In this document: piece by piece, positions 27,726-37,152 of the stretch
How positions within the stretch are numbered: position 1 is the first letter of the stretch
Layout: each line of letters opens with the position of its first letter
Origin: a bacterium
Lineage (GTDB): Bacteria > SAR324 > NAC60-12
Assembly (NCBI GenBank): GCA_965233585.1
Contig: CBDDTI010000746.1
Coordinates: forward strand, 512,001 to 576,000
Direction: 5' to 3'
DNA length: 64,000 bases
Made by a program: the position numbers and the translations under genes
The notes under the pieces: model-generated
Databases searched by the model: none
Told to the model about the DNA's origin: nothing
What the model saw: the letters and a program-made list of their open reading frames with translations, nothing else

Positions 27726-29618
27726 ATGCAAAAGTTCATCAATCGTTGTTTTGTTCATTTGGCATCTGTTGTCAAACCTTCTGTTGTCCAGACAGGTGTT
27801 TGCCTGCTGTGCATCACGACTCTCTTTGCCTGCAGTAGTGACGATGGTGGTGTGTCCACGGTGACCGTCACAGAAAAAGTAGTGCCACCAAGCACTCCGA
27901 GTGAAGTGAAAACGAGCGAGGTCAAAGCCAGCAGTGTCAAGGTCAGCTGGTTGCCTTCAGCAGATTCAGATGGTCAAGTGGAAGGTTATGAAGTCTCTTA
28001 CAAGACAAGTAGCGGGTCATGGACTGGCACACAAACCACCACGCAAACCAGTCTGATTGTGTCAGGATTACAGCCTGAAACCAGCTACACTTTTCGTGTT
28101 CGTGCCAAAGATGATGAGGGAGACTGGAGTCCTTACCAACAAAGCTCTGCTGTCAAGACTGCACCCAACGCACCAACTTCTCTTGCTATTTCAGGCAGAA
28201 CGCTCACCTTTGCCACCACTTCAGGCAAGAGTTACGAATGCACCACGCATGGCACAAGTGCCACTGCCGCACAAATCACAAACTGCACCAGCCCTTTTCG
28301 CTTTGGAGATGATGCCATTGCTAAAGACAACCTTTGCGTTCGTGTCAAAGCATCTGGCACTCCTGCTTCTGATTGGGCTTGTTACGCACAAGCGATTTTT
28401 AAGAAAGTCTTGACTAAACAATGGTCCAAACTGCTTGGCAGTAGCAGTTATGATGAAGGAAAAGGAGTGAGTGTGGATTCTTCAGGAAATGTGTATGTGA
28501 CAGGATACTCTGGGGGAAATTTTGATGGACACAGCCGTTCAGGAGGTTGGGACATGTTTTTAGTGAAGTATGACAGTTCAGGTAATAAGAAGTGGTCTAA
28601 ATTGCTTGGCAGTAGCAGTGATGATAGAGGAAGAGGAGTGAGTGTAGATTCTTCAGGAAATGTCTATGTGACAGGATACTCTAAGGGAAATTTTGATGGA
28701 CACACCAATTCAGGAAGAGGGGACATATTTTTAGTGAAGTATGACCCTTCAGGCAACAAAAAGTGGTCTAAACTGCTTGGCAGTAGCAGTTTTGATTATG
28801 GAAAAGGAGTGAGTGTGGATTCAGCAGGGAATGTTTACGTGACAGGATACTCTGGGGGAAATTTTGATGGACATGTCAATTCAGGAAGTTGGGACATGTT
28901 TTTAGTGAAGTATGACAGTTCAGGTAATAAGAAGTGGTCTAAATTGCTTGGTACTAGCAGTTGGGATTTAGGAGAAGGAGTGGTTGTGGATTCTGCAGGC
29001 AATGTGTATGTGACAGGATACTCTGGGGGAAATTTTGATGGACACAGCAATTCAGGAGGTTGGGACATGTTTTTAGTGAAATATGACCCTTCAGGTAATA
29101 AGAAGTGGTCTAAACTGCTTGGCAGTAGCAGAAATGATGAAGGAAGAGGAGTGAGTGTGGATTCTGCAGGCAATGTGTATGTGACAGGAGAATCTGGGGG
29201 AAATTTTGATGGACACAGCAATTCAGGAAGTGATGATATGTTTTTAGTGAAGTATGACAGTTCAGGAGTGAAGAAGTGGTCTAAACTGTTTGACAGTAGC
29301 AGTTGGGATTCAGGAAGAGGAGTGAGTGTGGATTCAGCAGGCAATGTGTATGTGACAGGAATATCTGTAGGAATATCTGAAGGAAATTTTGATGGACACA
29401 GCAATTCAGGAAGTGATGATATGTTTTTAGTGAAGTATGACAGTTCAGGTAATAAGAAGTGGTCTAAACTGCTTGGCACTACAGATTATGATAGAGGATA
29501 TGGAGTGAGTGTGGATTCAGCAGGCAATGTTTACGTCACAGGAAGCTCTTGGGGAAATTTTGATGGACATGTCAATTCAGGAGATAGGGACATGTTTTTA
29601 ATCAAGTTTGGGAGGTAG
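27726..29618 (+). CDS. Surface lipoprotein: fibronectin type III domain plus seven SBBP-type beta-propeller repeats
   Basis: Lipobox LFAC; FN3 motifs VSW...GYEV.Y...GLQPETSYTFRVRA; seven VSVDSSGNVYVTG...DMFLVKYD units. Confidence 0.9.
   Translation: MQKFINRCFVHLASVVKPSVVQTGVCLLCITTLFACSSDDGGVSTVTVTEKVVPPSTPSEVKTSEVKASSVKVSWLPSADSDGQVEGYEVSYKTSSGSWTGTQTTTQTSLIVSGLQPETSYTFRVRAKDDEGDWSPYQQSSAVKTAPNAPTSLAISGRTLTFATTSGKSYECTTHGTSATAAQITNCTSPFRFGDDAIAKDNLCVRVKASGTPASDWACYAQAIFKKVLTKQWSKLLGSSSYDEGKGVSVDSSGNVYVTGYSGGNFDGHSRSGGWDMFLVKYDSSGNKKWSKLLGSSSDDRGRGVSVDSSGNVYVTGYSKGNFDGHTNSGRGDIFLVKYDPSGNKKWSKLLGSSSFDYGKGVSVDSAGNVYVTGYSGGNFDGHVNSGSWDMFLVKYDSSGNKKWSKLLGTSSWDLGEGVVVDSAGNVYVTGYSGGNFDGHSNSGGWDMFLVKYDPSGNKKWSKLLGSSRNDEGRGVSVDSAGNVYVTGESGGNFDGHSNSGSDDMFLVKYDSSGVKKWSKLFDSSSWDSGRGVSVDSAGNVYVTGISVGISEGNFDGHSNSGSDDMFLVKYDSSGNKKWSKLLGTTDYDRGYGVSVDSAGNVYVTGSSWGNFDGHVNSGDRDMFLIKFGR
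28422..29615 (+). repeat. Seven 171-bp (57-aa) intragenic tandem repeats
   Basis: Units start at 28422, 28593, 28764, 28935, 29106, 29277 and 29460; unit 6 carries a 12-bp internal duplication. Confidence 0.95.
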
Positions 29619-29893
29619 GTTGCCAAGAGAAAGGTTGTAGTGGAGTTGGAAGGAGTGTTTGGAGTAGTATTTTGTCTTCCAGCAAGTGTTGTCATACTTG
29701 CTGTGAAAAGTCAAGTTTTTTTCTTAAAACGCTCCGTCACCTGCGGGCGTGTCTTGGTCATTGGGGACCTGACCCGCAATCTCATTCTTCTTTCATTCTG
29801 CCTTTATTTTTTTTCTGCTTTGTTCTCCCTTTTTCTCAAAAATCTGCTAGGCTAGGAGTTTAAGCTCGATAATCTTCAATTTAAGGAGTCAAG

Positions 29894-30526
29894 ATGTCAG
29901 AACGTTTAGATAGGGTTGAGGCAATTTTAGAGGGCATTGCTGCACGACAAGAAAAAACAGACAAACAGTTAACAGAGCTAACAAAGAAGCAAGAAGAAAA
30001 TGCCAAACAGCAAGCAGAAACGACTTTGCAACTTCAGGAACTGAAACCAGCAGTTGCCAGCATGGTGCGGGGCATTCAGAAGATGGAAAACTTCATCAGC
30101 AATACTTCGGAGATTTTAGAAAGTCGTCTGTGCCGTTCTGTGGAACAGGTTATAGAAAAATATGGCTTCATTGAAATTGGAGGCATTCGCTACGACGAAG
30201 TGGAACAAAACCTCAAAGGGAAAAATGGCATCACGGCTCAATATGACCTCGTACTGTTCAGTAAAACAAAGCATCTGCTTTTGATAGAAGTCAAACGTAA
30301 GCCTCATGTTAAGGATTTCCAACAAGTGTTTCGGCAGAAAGAGACCTTCCCTAAATTGTTTCCAAGTTATCAAGACTATACAATTCACTGTGGTTTAGCG
30401 GGAGAAGTCTTTTATGACGAACTCATCAGTGAGGCAGAAGAAGAAGGCATTTATCTTTTTCAAGAACAAGCGGGAGAATTACAGGTCATCACGTCTGCTT
30501 CGTTGCAACCACAGCTGGAAGCGTAG
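29894..30526 (+). CDS. Coiled-coil plus PD-(D/E)XK nuclease-like protein (DUF3782-like)
   Basis: Q/E/K-rich heptads followed by E...QYDLV...LIEVK and AEEEGIYL. Confidence 0.65.
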   Translation: MSERLDRVEAILEGIAARQEKTDKQLTELTKKQEENAKQQAETTLQLQELKPAVASMVRGIQKMENFISNTSEILESRLCRSVEQVIEKYGFIEIGGIRYDEVEQNLKGKNGITAQYDLVLFSKTKHLLLIEVKRKPHVKDFQQVFRQKETFPKLFPSYQDYTIHCGLAGEVFYDELISEAEEEGIYLFQEQAGELQVITSASLQPQLEA

Positions 30527-30610
30527 AATCCTGAACACTCGTTTTCTGTTAGGCTGTAGTACCTTCCTTCACTCTTGTGAAAGCTCTGAATCCATACTTG
30601 GTTTGCTGAT

Positions 30611-30822
30611 AGATTCCGCATCAAGTGCGGAATGAAGGAGAGAGTTTGCAGGTGTGGCTTTTTGTCATTGCGGGCTTGACCCGCAATCTCTCTTTTTCTC
30701 CTAATTTTTTCATTTTCCCAAACGACTTTTATTTTTTGAAATTCCGCATCAAGCACAGAATGACAGAGAACGTTTGAGATTCTGTGTCAAGCCCGCAATG
30801 ACAGAGGGTCGCACAGAATGAC
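30611..30822. repeat. Cluster of REP-like palindromes
   Basis: Canonical GTCATTGCGGGCTTGACCCGCAATCTC at 30664-30690; inverse copies at 30611, 30738 and 30776. Confidence 0.85.
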
Positions 30823-30901
30823 GAAAAGCCAAGCCAACTCTTACCTTTCTCACTCCCCTCTTTTTGGGGCAGTGTTCACTTGGTGTTGGTGTGATATTTT
30901 T

Positions 30902-31661
30902 GGTATTGTTAAACTATAAGTGATATGCGATATTAAGTTCATTTAATTGAATTGATAGTCATGGTGTAGCAATGAAGTTGTGTCCTAGATGTGAAAGTGA
31001 GAAGACGGTTAAGAATGGTTTTTTATATGGTAAACCGAGGAGGCGTTGCAATGCCTGCAACTATCAATATACCAAGTCCTATCGTGGTCAAATCTCACCA
31101 CAGATCAAAAGAAGAGCATTAGAGTTGTATTTGGAGGGTCTTGGTTTCAGGTCAATCGGTCGTTTGCTGAATTGTTCTCATGTTTCAGTTTATAATTGGG
31201 TCTGTAGTTTTGGCGAACAGCTCAAGGCATTAAGAAAGGACACAGACATTGAAATTATGGAAATTGATGAAATGCACACCTACATCCAGTCAAAAAAAAC
31301 TACTGCTGGCTCTGGATTGCTGTTGATAGACGTGGGAAGCAATTTATCAATTATGTGCTTGGAAACAGAGACTCAAAAGCCTGTAGGCATTTATGGGACA
31401 AGGTCAAGGAAACAAAACCTCTTCAGGTGATGACTGATCACTGCAAGGCTTACAAACAAGTCATTCCCAAAGAAATTCATACATGTTCCAAGGCAGAAAC
31501 ATACACGGTAGAAGGGTATAATTCTCTCTTGAGACATTTCTTGGCAAGAATGAGAAGGAAAACCAAATGTTACAGCAAGTCTCTTAAAGCATTACAATAT
31601 TCTGTTCTTTTGTTCATGGCAAAACGGAATAATCAACTATCACTTATTATTTAACAATGCC
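30902..31661 (+). mobile_element. IS1-family element A (inner, 760 bp)
   Basis: 24-bp IRs, 21/24 identical (30902-30925 and 31638-31661); 8-bp target duplication ATATTTTT at 30894-30901 and 31662-31669. Confidence 0.95.
30972..31654 (+). CDS. IS1 transposase (InsA/InsB joined by -1 frameshift)
   Basis: Zn ribbon CPRC..CNAC, HTH, EIDEMHTY; slippery A8C at 31292-31300; -1 frame continues NYCWLWIAVD...TDH...VEGYNSLLRH. Confidence 0.92.
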
Positions 31662-32359
31662 ATATTTTTCAAGTCTTTTATAGTCAAAGAAGAGTTTGAG
31701 AGAGTGTTCTAGCATGTCCAAAGTTTTAGAATGTCGTTTAGATTTTCTCATAAAACGAGCTAGGTTATCTCTGATGGAAGAATTAGAAGATTCAATGAGA
31801 TGAGTATTTCTCTTGCCTATTTCGTGGTTCTCTGGAATTTGTAATTGAGCAAATGCCACTTGATAGCATGAGTTGGCATCGGTATAGATTGTCTTCATTC
31901 TAGGTCGCTGTTCTTTGACCAGTGCATACAACTTTTGGGCAGCTGCCAATCCTTTGCCTATCACAAAGGCAATCACACATTGCTCTCTACGAGAGTCTGC
32001 TGTCCAAACGGCTACTCTTTGGCTTTTTTTTGAACAAAAGTATAGATTTCATCCATCTCTATACTATCTACTTGTTCATGGAAACTTGGTGCGTCTTTTG
32101 GGAGTTGAGACACTCTGGCTTTTTTGATCCAGTTGAGAACTGAAGTTGGAGACACCTGCACAAAACGAGCGATCTTTCTGATGCCTACACTATTGACATA
32201 CATTTCTAAAGCTTGACGCTTCGTCTCTAGTGGGATTCTCAACCCATTTGAACTGAACGACCTCCCACATGATTTGCAAACATATCTCTGCACTCCTTTG
32301 CAACTTCCATTCTTTATATAATTCTGACTTCCACAATGATGACAACTTCTCATATTCAT
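31647..32359 (-). CDS. IS1 transposase (-1 frameshift); last codons replaced by the nested IS
   Basis: CHHC..CKSC, EMDEIYTF; A8 run at 32031-32024; YTDA..Y and IESSNSSIRD. Confidence 0.9.
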
Positions 32360-32446
32360 TCCTCAAATTCACTCTCACATGCAATAACAATACCAAGTGA
32401 ACACTGCCGTGAAAACAGGGGCAGGAATCCATGCCTTGTTTAGGGT

Positions 32447-32528
32447 AGATTCCGTGTCAAGCACGGAATGACTAGAAGAGGCACGGAATGACAGGAGAGG
32501 GGGAATTGCTTCACTTGATTTGCAATCT
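32447..32528. repeat. REP-like palindromes
   Basis: AGATTCCGTGTCAAGCACGGAATGAC, a partial GCACGGAATGAC, and a degenerate CTTGATTTGCAATCTC. Confidence 0.8.
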
Positions 32529-32726
32529 CTCTTTTTCCTTTTTGTCTTTGAATTTGTTATGCTTTGACTCACACTTCATCAAGGATTTTGAAAAATGTTA
32601 GTGTCAGTACGCATGGGTTTTACAATGGACTTGATTGAAGGTTTTGATAAACTCTTGTAATTTTATGGGAAAGCTCGTAAGATAGTCCCTTGCTTTCAAA
32701 ACAATTCTTTTTTAAGTCAACTAAAC

Positions 32727-33089
32727 ATGGTTGCTCAAGAGTATTTTCCTATCCTAACTATTGTGGTGATTGCTGTTGGATTTGGTGCAGTGTTGACAAT
32801 AGCCAACATTCTGCTTGGACCCAAAAATCGTACAGAGATCAAAGCTAAACCCTTTGAGTGTGGCTTAATCAGCGACACTGTTGCCAAGGATCAGAGGTAT
32901 AACGTCAAATTTTACATGACGGCATTGGCTTTTTTAATCTTTGATGTAGAAGTGGTCTTTTTGTATCCTTTGGCGACTTCATTCAGAGGAGTTGGTTTTT
33001 ATGGCGTTATAGTGGGGGGGATTTTTTTGTTTATGCTTGTATTAGGTTTGGTTTATGAATGGAAAAAAGGCGGTTTAGAATGGGAGTAA
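32727..33089 (+). CDS. nuoA: NADH-quinone oxidoreductase subunit A
   Basis: PFECG, FLIFDVEVVFLYP, YEWKKGGLEW. Confidence 0.97.
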   Translation: MVAQEYFPILTIVVIAVGFGAVLTIANILLGPKNRTEIKAKPFECGLISDTVAKDQRYNVKFYMTALAFLIFDVEVVFLYPLATSFRGVGFYGVIVGGIFLFMLVLGLVYEWKKGGLEWE

Positions 33090-33090
33090 C

Positions 33091-33648
33091 ATGATGGGAA
33101 GTTCAAGGTTTGAGGAAGGTTTTTTGACAACGAAGATAGATTCTGCGGTCAACTGGGCTAGGAAATTTTCTTTGTTTACTTATCCTTTTGTCACGGCATG
33201 CTGTGGCATGGAGTATATGTCTGTGGCATGTGCGCATTATGACATTGCTCGTTTTGGTGCAGAAGTGCCAAGATTTTCACCAAGGCAAGCAGACTTGTTG
33301 CTTGTCGTGGGAACAGTCAATCATAAAATGGCGCCCATTCTCAAAACAGTGTATGAGCAGATGTCAGACCCTAAGTGGGTGGTAGCGTTTGGGGCATGTG
33401 CTTCTTCTGGTGGTTTCTATCAAAATTATGCAGTAGTACAAGGGATTGATCGGGTCGTGCCTGTTGACATTTACATTGCAGGCTGTCCGCCACGTCCTGA
33501 AGCAGTCCTTGATGCCATCATTGAACTTCAAAACCGAATCCAAGACAACGATTCGCAAGAGAAGAGACGAGACCGCCTTGCCTCTATCCTGCCAAATGCC
33601 CCGCAAAAACCATCACAAAAAATCACCCTTAGTCGTTCTCCTGCTTAA
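33091..33648 (+). CDS. nuoB: NADH-quinone oxidoreductase subunit B
   Basis: ACCGME, RFSPRQADL, GACASSGG, GCPPRPE. Confidence 0.97.
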   Translation: MMGSSRFEEGFLTTKIDSAVNWARKFSLFTYPFVTACCGMEYMSVACAHYDIARFGAEVPRFSPRQADLLLVVGTVNHKMAPILKTVYEQMSDPKWVVAFGACASSGGFYQNYAVVQGIDRVVPVDIYIAGCPPRPEAVLDAIIELQNRIQDNDSQEKRRDRLASILPNAPQKPSQKITLSRSPA

Positions 33649-34170
33649 ATGAATCCCAACGCAGTCGCTCAACTCCAAGAGTCTTATTCTACTGACATTC
33701 TTTCATGTGAGACTTATCGCGGGGAGGTGACTGTGAGAGTCAACCCTGATGTCATCTTGCCGTTTTGCCAATTCTTGCGTGATGATGAGACGTTGCAAAT
33801 GCAAATGCTCATTGACTTGACTGCCGTGGATTATCTGGATTCCAAAAGAACCCCACGTTTTGACATGGTCTATCACTTCCATTCGCTAAAGTTTCAGCAT
33901 CGCTTGCGTGTGAAGGCAGGTGTTTCAAAGGAGGACTGTCAGATTGATTCTCTTTCTTCACTTTGGGCGTGTGCTGACTGGTACGAAAGAGAGTGCTACG
34001 ACATGTATGGAATTATCTTCAAAAATCACCCCAATTTGGAAAGACTTTTGATGTATGATGGCTTTGAAGGATACCCCTTGCGCAAAGACTATCCCGTTGG
34101 TAAACAACAACCTCTGGTAGAACTCAAACCCGTTGAAGAACGTTACGCCTATCAACAAGACCGATATTAA
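33649..34170 (+). CDS. nuoC: NADH-quinone oxidoreductase subunit C
   Basis: DLTAVDY, WYERECYDMYGI.F..HP, GYPLRKDYP. Confidence 0.96.
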   Translation: MNPNAVAQLQESYSTDILSCETYRGEVTVRVNPDVILPFCQFLRDDETLQMQMLIDLTAVDYLDSKRTPRFDMVYHFHSLKFQHRLRVKAGVSKEDCQIDSLSSLWACADWYERECYDMYGIIFKNHPNLERLLMYDGFEGYPLRKDYPVGKQQPLVELKPVEERYAYQQDRY

Positions 34171-34173
34171 AAG

Positions 34174-35355
34174 ATGATGCAGGAAAACAATGATGCCTTG
34201 ATGACTGTGGAAATGGGACCTTCTCACCCTGCAATGCACGGGATTGTGCGATTCACTGTGCAACTTGACGGAGAACGTATTGTGGACATGATTCCTGAAA
34301 TCGGCTACTTGCATCGTGGGTTTGAAAAGGAATCGGAAAACTCAACGTGGGTGCAAATCATGCCCTACACAGACCGATTGAATTATGTCTCTCCTTTGCT
34401 TTGCAACATCGGCTACTCTATGGGAGTTGAAAAACTTTTTGGAGTGGAGATTCCCAGACGTGCGGAGTTCTGCCGTGTGATCATGGGTGAAATTTCACGC
34501 ATCACAGACCATTTGACCTGCCTTGCCGCCTCAGCAATGGAGGTGGGAGGGTTTACTTTTTTCTTGTGGGCAATCAAAGCACGAGAGTATCTTTGGGAAT
34601 TGATTGAGAATGTCACAGGGGCAAGGCTGACAACCAACTGGCCACGTTTTGGTGGCAATGCCACTGACTTTCCTGATGACTTCTTGCCTGAACTAGATGT
34701 CAGACTCAAACAAGTTTCAGAAGTGGTGGAAGAGTGTGACCAACTCATCACACGCAACAAAATTTTTATTGACCGCATGAGAGACATTGCACCCGTCACC
34801 CCTGAAGAAGCAATGACTTGGGGTTTCACGGGACCCTTGTTGCGTGCATGTGGTGTGGCTCAAGATTTAAGGCGGACAGAACATTACTCTGTCTATGATG
34901 AACTAGATTTTGAGATTGCAGTTGGCACAACAGGAGATTGCTACGATCGCTTTCTTGTCAGAATGGAAGAAATCAGGCAGAGTATTTCAATCATCAAACA
35001 AGCAGCAGACAAGTTGCCTTATGGTCCTGTTTGCACGTATGACCGCAAATTGAGCTTCCCTGAAAAAAAACATGTTTACGGAAATATAGAGGGAATGATT
35101 GACCACTTTAAACTGGTCATGGAAGGGCATCAACCCCCTGCTGGTGAAGTTTATGCTGCCATTGAAGGTGGTAACGGAGAGCTTGGATTTTATTTGGTAT
35201 CAGATGGCACAGGGCGTCCGCTCAAGTGTCGTGTGAGACCTCCTTGCTTTAATTTTGTAGCCGCAATGCCTGCCATGTGCATTGGCAATTATGTAGCAGA
35301 CATCATTGCGATTTTTGGATCAATTAACATGATCGGTGGAGAATTAGAACGTTAA
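34174..35355 (+). CDS. nuoD: NADH-quinone oxidoreductase subunit D
   Basis: GPSHPAMHG, IGYLHRGFEK, DRLNY, GDCYDR, GGELER. Confidence 0.97.
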   Translation: MMQENNDALMTVEMGPSHPAMHGIVRFTVQLDGERIVDMIPEIGYLHRGFEKESENSTWVQIMPYTDRLNYVSPLLCNIGYSMGVEKLFGVEIPRRAEFCRVIMGEISRITDHLTCLAASAMEVGGFTFFLWAIKAREYLWELIENVTGARLTTNWPRFGGNATDFPDDFLPELDVRLKQVSEVVEECDQLITRNKIFIDRMRDIAPVTPEEAMTWGFTGPLLRACGVAQDLRRTEHYSVYDELDFEIAVGTTGDCYDRFLVRMEEIRQSISIIKQAADKLPYGPVCTYDRKLSFPEKKHVYGNIEGMIDHFKLVMEGHQPPAGEVYAAIEGGNGELGFYLVSDGTGRPLKCRVRPPCFNFVAAMPAMCIGNYVADIIAIFGSINMIGGELER

Positions 35356-35357
35356 CT

Positions 35358-36440
35358 ATGTTGGAAATTTTAGCAAATCCAGTCGTTGTCACATTGTTGA
35401 AAATTGCTGTCATTCTCTTTGCTTTTGCATTACCTCTTGCAACCTTGCTGACTCTGTTTGAAAGAAAATGGAGTGCCATGATTCAAGACCGAGTCGGCCC
35501 AAACCGTGCCAATCTTCCTTTTTTCAAAAACTTCAGGGGGCGTGGCACTGCACACATTGCCGCTGATGCTCTCAAATCTTTGTTCAAAGAAGACACAGTC
35601 CCAGATGGTGCAGACCGCTTTCTGTTTACTATTGCGCCTTGGTTTGGGTTCATTCCTGCTTTTGCCATCTTTGCTGTCATTCCCATTGCTGCACCTATTG
35701 GAGACTTCAAGTTCCAAATTGTAGATATTGAACCGGGGCTTTTGTATATTTTTGCCGTGTCGTCTTTGGGGGCATACGGGGCAGTTTTGGCAGGCATGAG
35801 TTCCAATAATAAGTACTCTGTGCTTGGTGGAACTCGTGCCTCTGCTCAGGTGATTTCTTATGAAGTGTTTATCGGGATTGCCTTACTTGGCTTGCTAATG
35901 ATTTACGGAGACACAAGAATTTCTGCATTAGTAGAAGGTCAAGGAGAATACTGGCTCAACGGATTGATTCCAAAGTGGGGTATTTTCACGCAGCCTGTCG
36001 GGGCAGTTTTGTTTTTTGTTGCCATGATGGCAGAGACCAAACGTCCGCCATTTGATGCACCAGAGGGGGAATCAGAGCTTGTTGCAGGTTATTTTGTAGA
36101 ATATTCAGGCATGCGGTTTGCCTCGTTTCTGCTGGCAGAATATGTGGCGATTGTCGGAGTTGGTGCATTGACAGTGACTTTGTTTTTTGGGGGCTATCAC
36201 GTCCCTTGGATAGATTTGTGGAAGGAAGCCCCTGTGTGGCTTGTCAGAGTCTTACAAGCCTTGAAGTTTGGTGCGTTCACCTTCTTTTTTTGCTGGCTTC
36301 AGCTTCAACTTCGCTGGACACTCCCTAAATTCCGCTTTGACCAAATTATGACATTAGGCTGGAAGAAACTTTTGCCAATTTCACTAGGTAATGTCCTTGT
36401 CACTGCGGCTGTTCTAGTGTTCATTGATTATTACAACTAA
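35358..36440 (+). CDS. nuoH: NADH-quinone oxidoreductase subunit H
   Basis: ERK..A.IQDRVGPNR, AETKRPPFDAPEGESELVAGY.VEYSG, RWTLPKFRFDQ. Confidence 0.97.
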   Translation: MLEILANPVVVTLLKIAVILFAFALPLATLLTLFERKWSAMIQDRVGPNRANLPFFKNFRGRGTAHIAADALKSLFKEDTVPDGADRFLFTIAPWFGFIPAFAIFAVIPIAAPIGDFKFQIVDIEPGLLYIFAVSSLGAYGAVLAGMSSNNKYSVLGGTRASAQVISYEVFIGIALLGLLMIYGDTRISALVEGQGEYWLNGLIPKWGIFTQPVGAVLFFVAMMAETKRPPFDAPEGESELVAGYFVEYSGMRFASFLLAEYVAIVGVGALTVTLFFGGYHVPWIDLWKEAPVWLVRVLQALKFGAFTFFFCWLQLQLRWTLPKFRFDQIMTLGWKKLLPISLGNVLVTAAVLVFIDYYN

Positions 36441-36555
36441 ATCCATTCAAACCCTTTTTTTTCTTGGGACAACCTACTCATTTGAGTAGATTTTAGTTTA
36501 GATAGATTCTTAAAAGCTCACTTTTTAGAACAATTAGAATAATTACAAAAAACTG

Positions 36556-37131
36556 ATGCTCAATATTCCTGATTTCTTTCATCAACAATTTGATGAACAC
36601 CTTCAAGTAACCCAAGCTACACAGCATGCTTTGGGCGACACCTTTAGCCAATTTGCCCATGCTGCATTGGAGACTATCAAAAACAGTGGCAAGATTGTCT
36701 GGTTTGGCAATGGGGGGAGTGCATCTGATGCGCAGCATCTGGCAACAGAGTTGGTGGCTCGCTATCGTGTCAACCGCCGTGCGATTCCTTCTCTTGCTTT
36801 GACAACAGACACGTCTGCACTCACAGCCATTGGCAACGATTTTGGTTTTGACTTCGTATTTTCAAGGCAGGTAGAGGCACTTTGCAATCATCAAGATTTG
36901 GTGATAGGCATTTCCACTTCTGGCACAAGCAAGAATGTCATAGAAGCTATCAAGAAAGCCCGCGAGATCGGTTGCAAAACGGCACTGCTAGGTGGTTGTG
37001 ATGGAGGAACGCTTGGAAAGCTGGTTGATTTTCCGTTGATTGTGCCAAGCCAAACGACTGCAAGGATTCAAGAAATGCACATCACACTTGGGCAACTTCT
37101 TTGTGACATTCTGGAACAATCGGTCATCTAA
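36556..37131 (+). CDS. gmhA: Phosphoheptose isomerase
   Basis: GNGGSASDAQH, TAIGNDFG, ISTSG, TARIQEMH. Confidence 0.96.
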   Translation: MLNIPDFFHQQFDEHLQVTQATQHALGDTFSQFAHAALETIKNSGKIVWFGNGGSASDAQHLATELVARYRVNRRAIPSLALTTDTSALTAIGNDFGFDFVFSRQVEALCNHQDLVIGISTSGTSKNVIEAIKKAREIGCKTALLGGCDGGTLGKLVDFPLIVPSQTTARIQEMHITLGQLLCDILEQSVI

Positions 37132-37152
37132 TCTCTAATCTTCTTAAAAAAC

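Larger units (their letters stand above)
30868..32408 (-). mobile_element. IS1-family element B (outer; 773 bp once the nested element and one target copy are removed)
   Basis: Terminal IRs GGCAGTGTTCACTTGGT(G/A)TTG at 30868-30888 and 32388-32408 (20/21); no flanking target duplication seen. Confidence 0.9.

Noticed and set aside
28835..29479. 214-aa repetitive minus-strand ORF
   Set aside because: Antisense shadow of the propeller repeats.
28422..29615. Diversity-generating retroelement target
   Set aside because: No reverse transcriptase or separate template repeat in the window, and the variable codons do not fit adenine-only (AAY-derived) mutagenesis.
31292..32031. Frameshifts in both IS1 transposases as inactivating mutations
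   Set aside because: Both are -1 shifts at A-runs at the usual InsA/InsB junction, consistent with programmed frameshifting.
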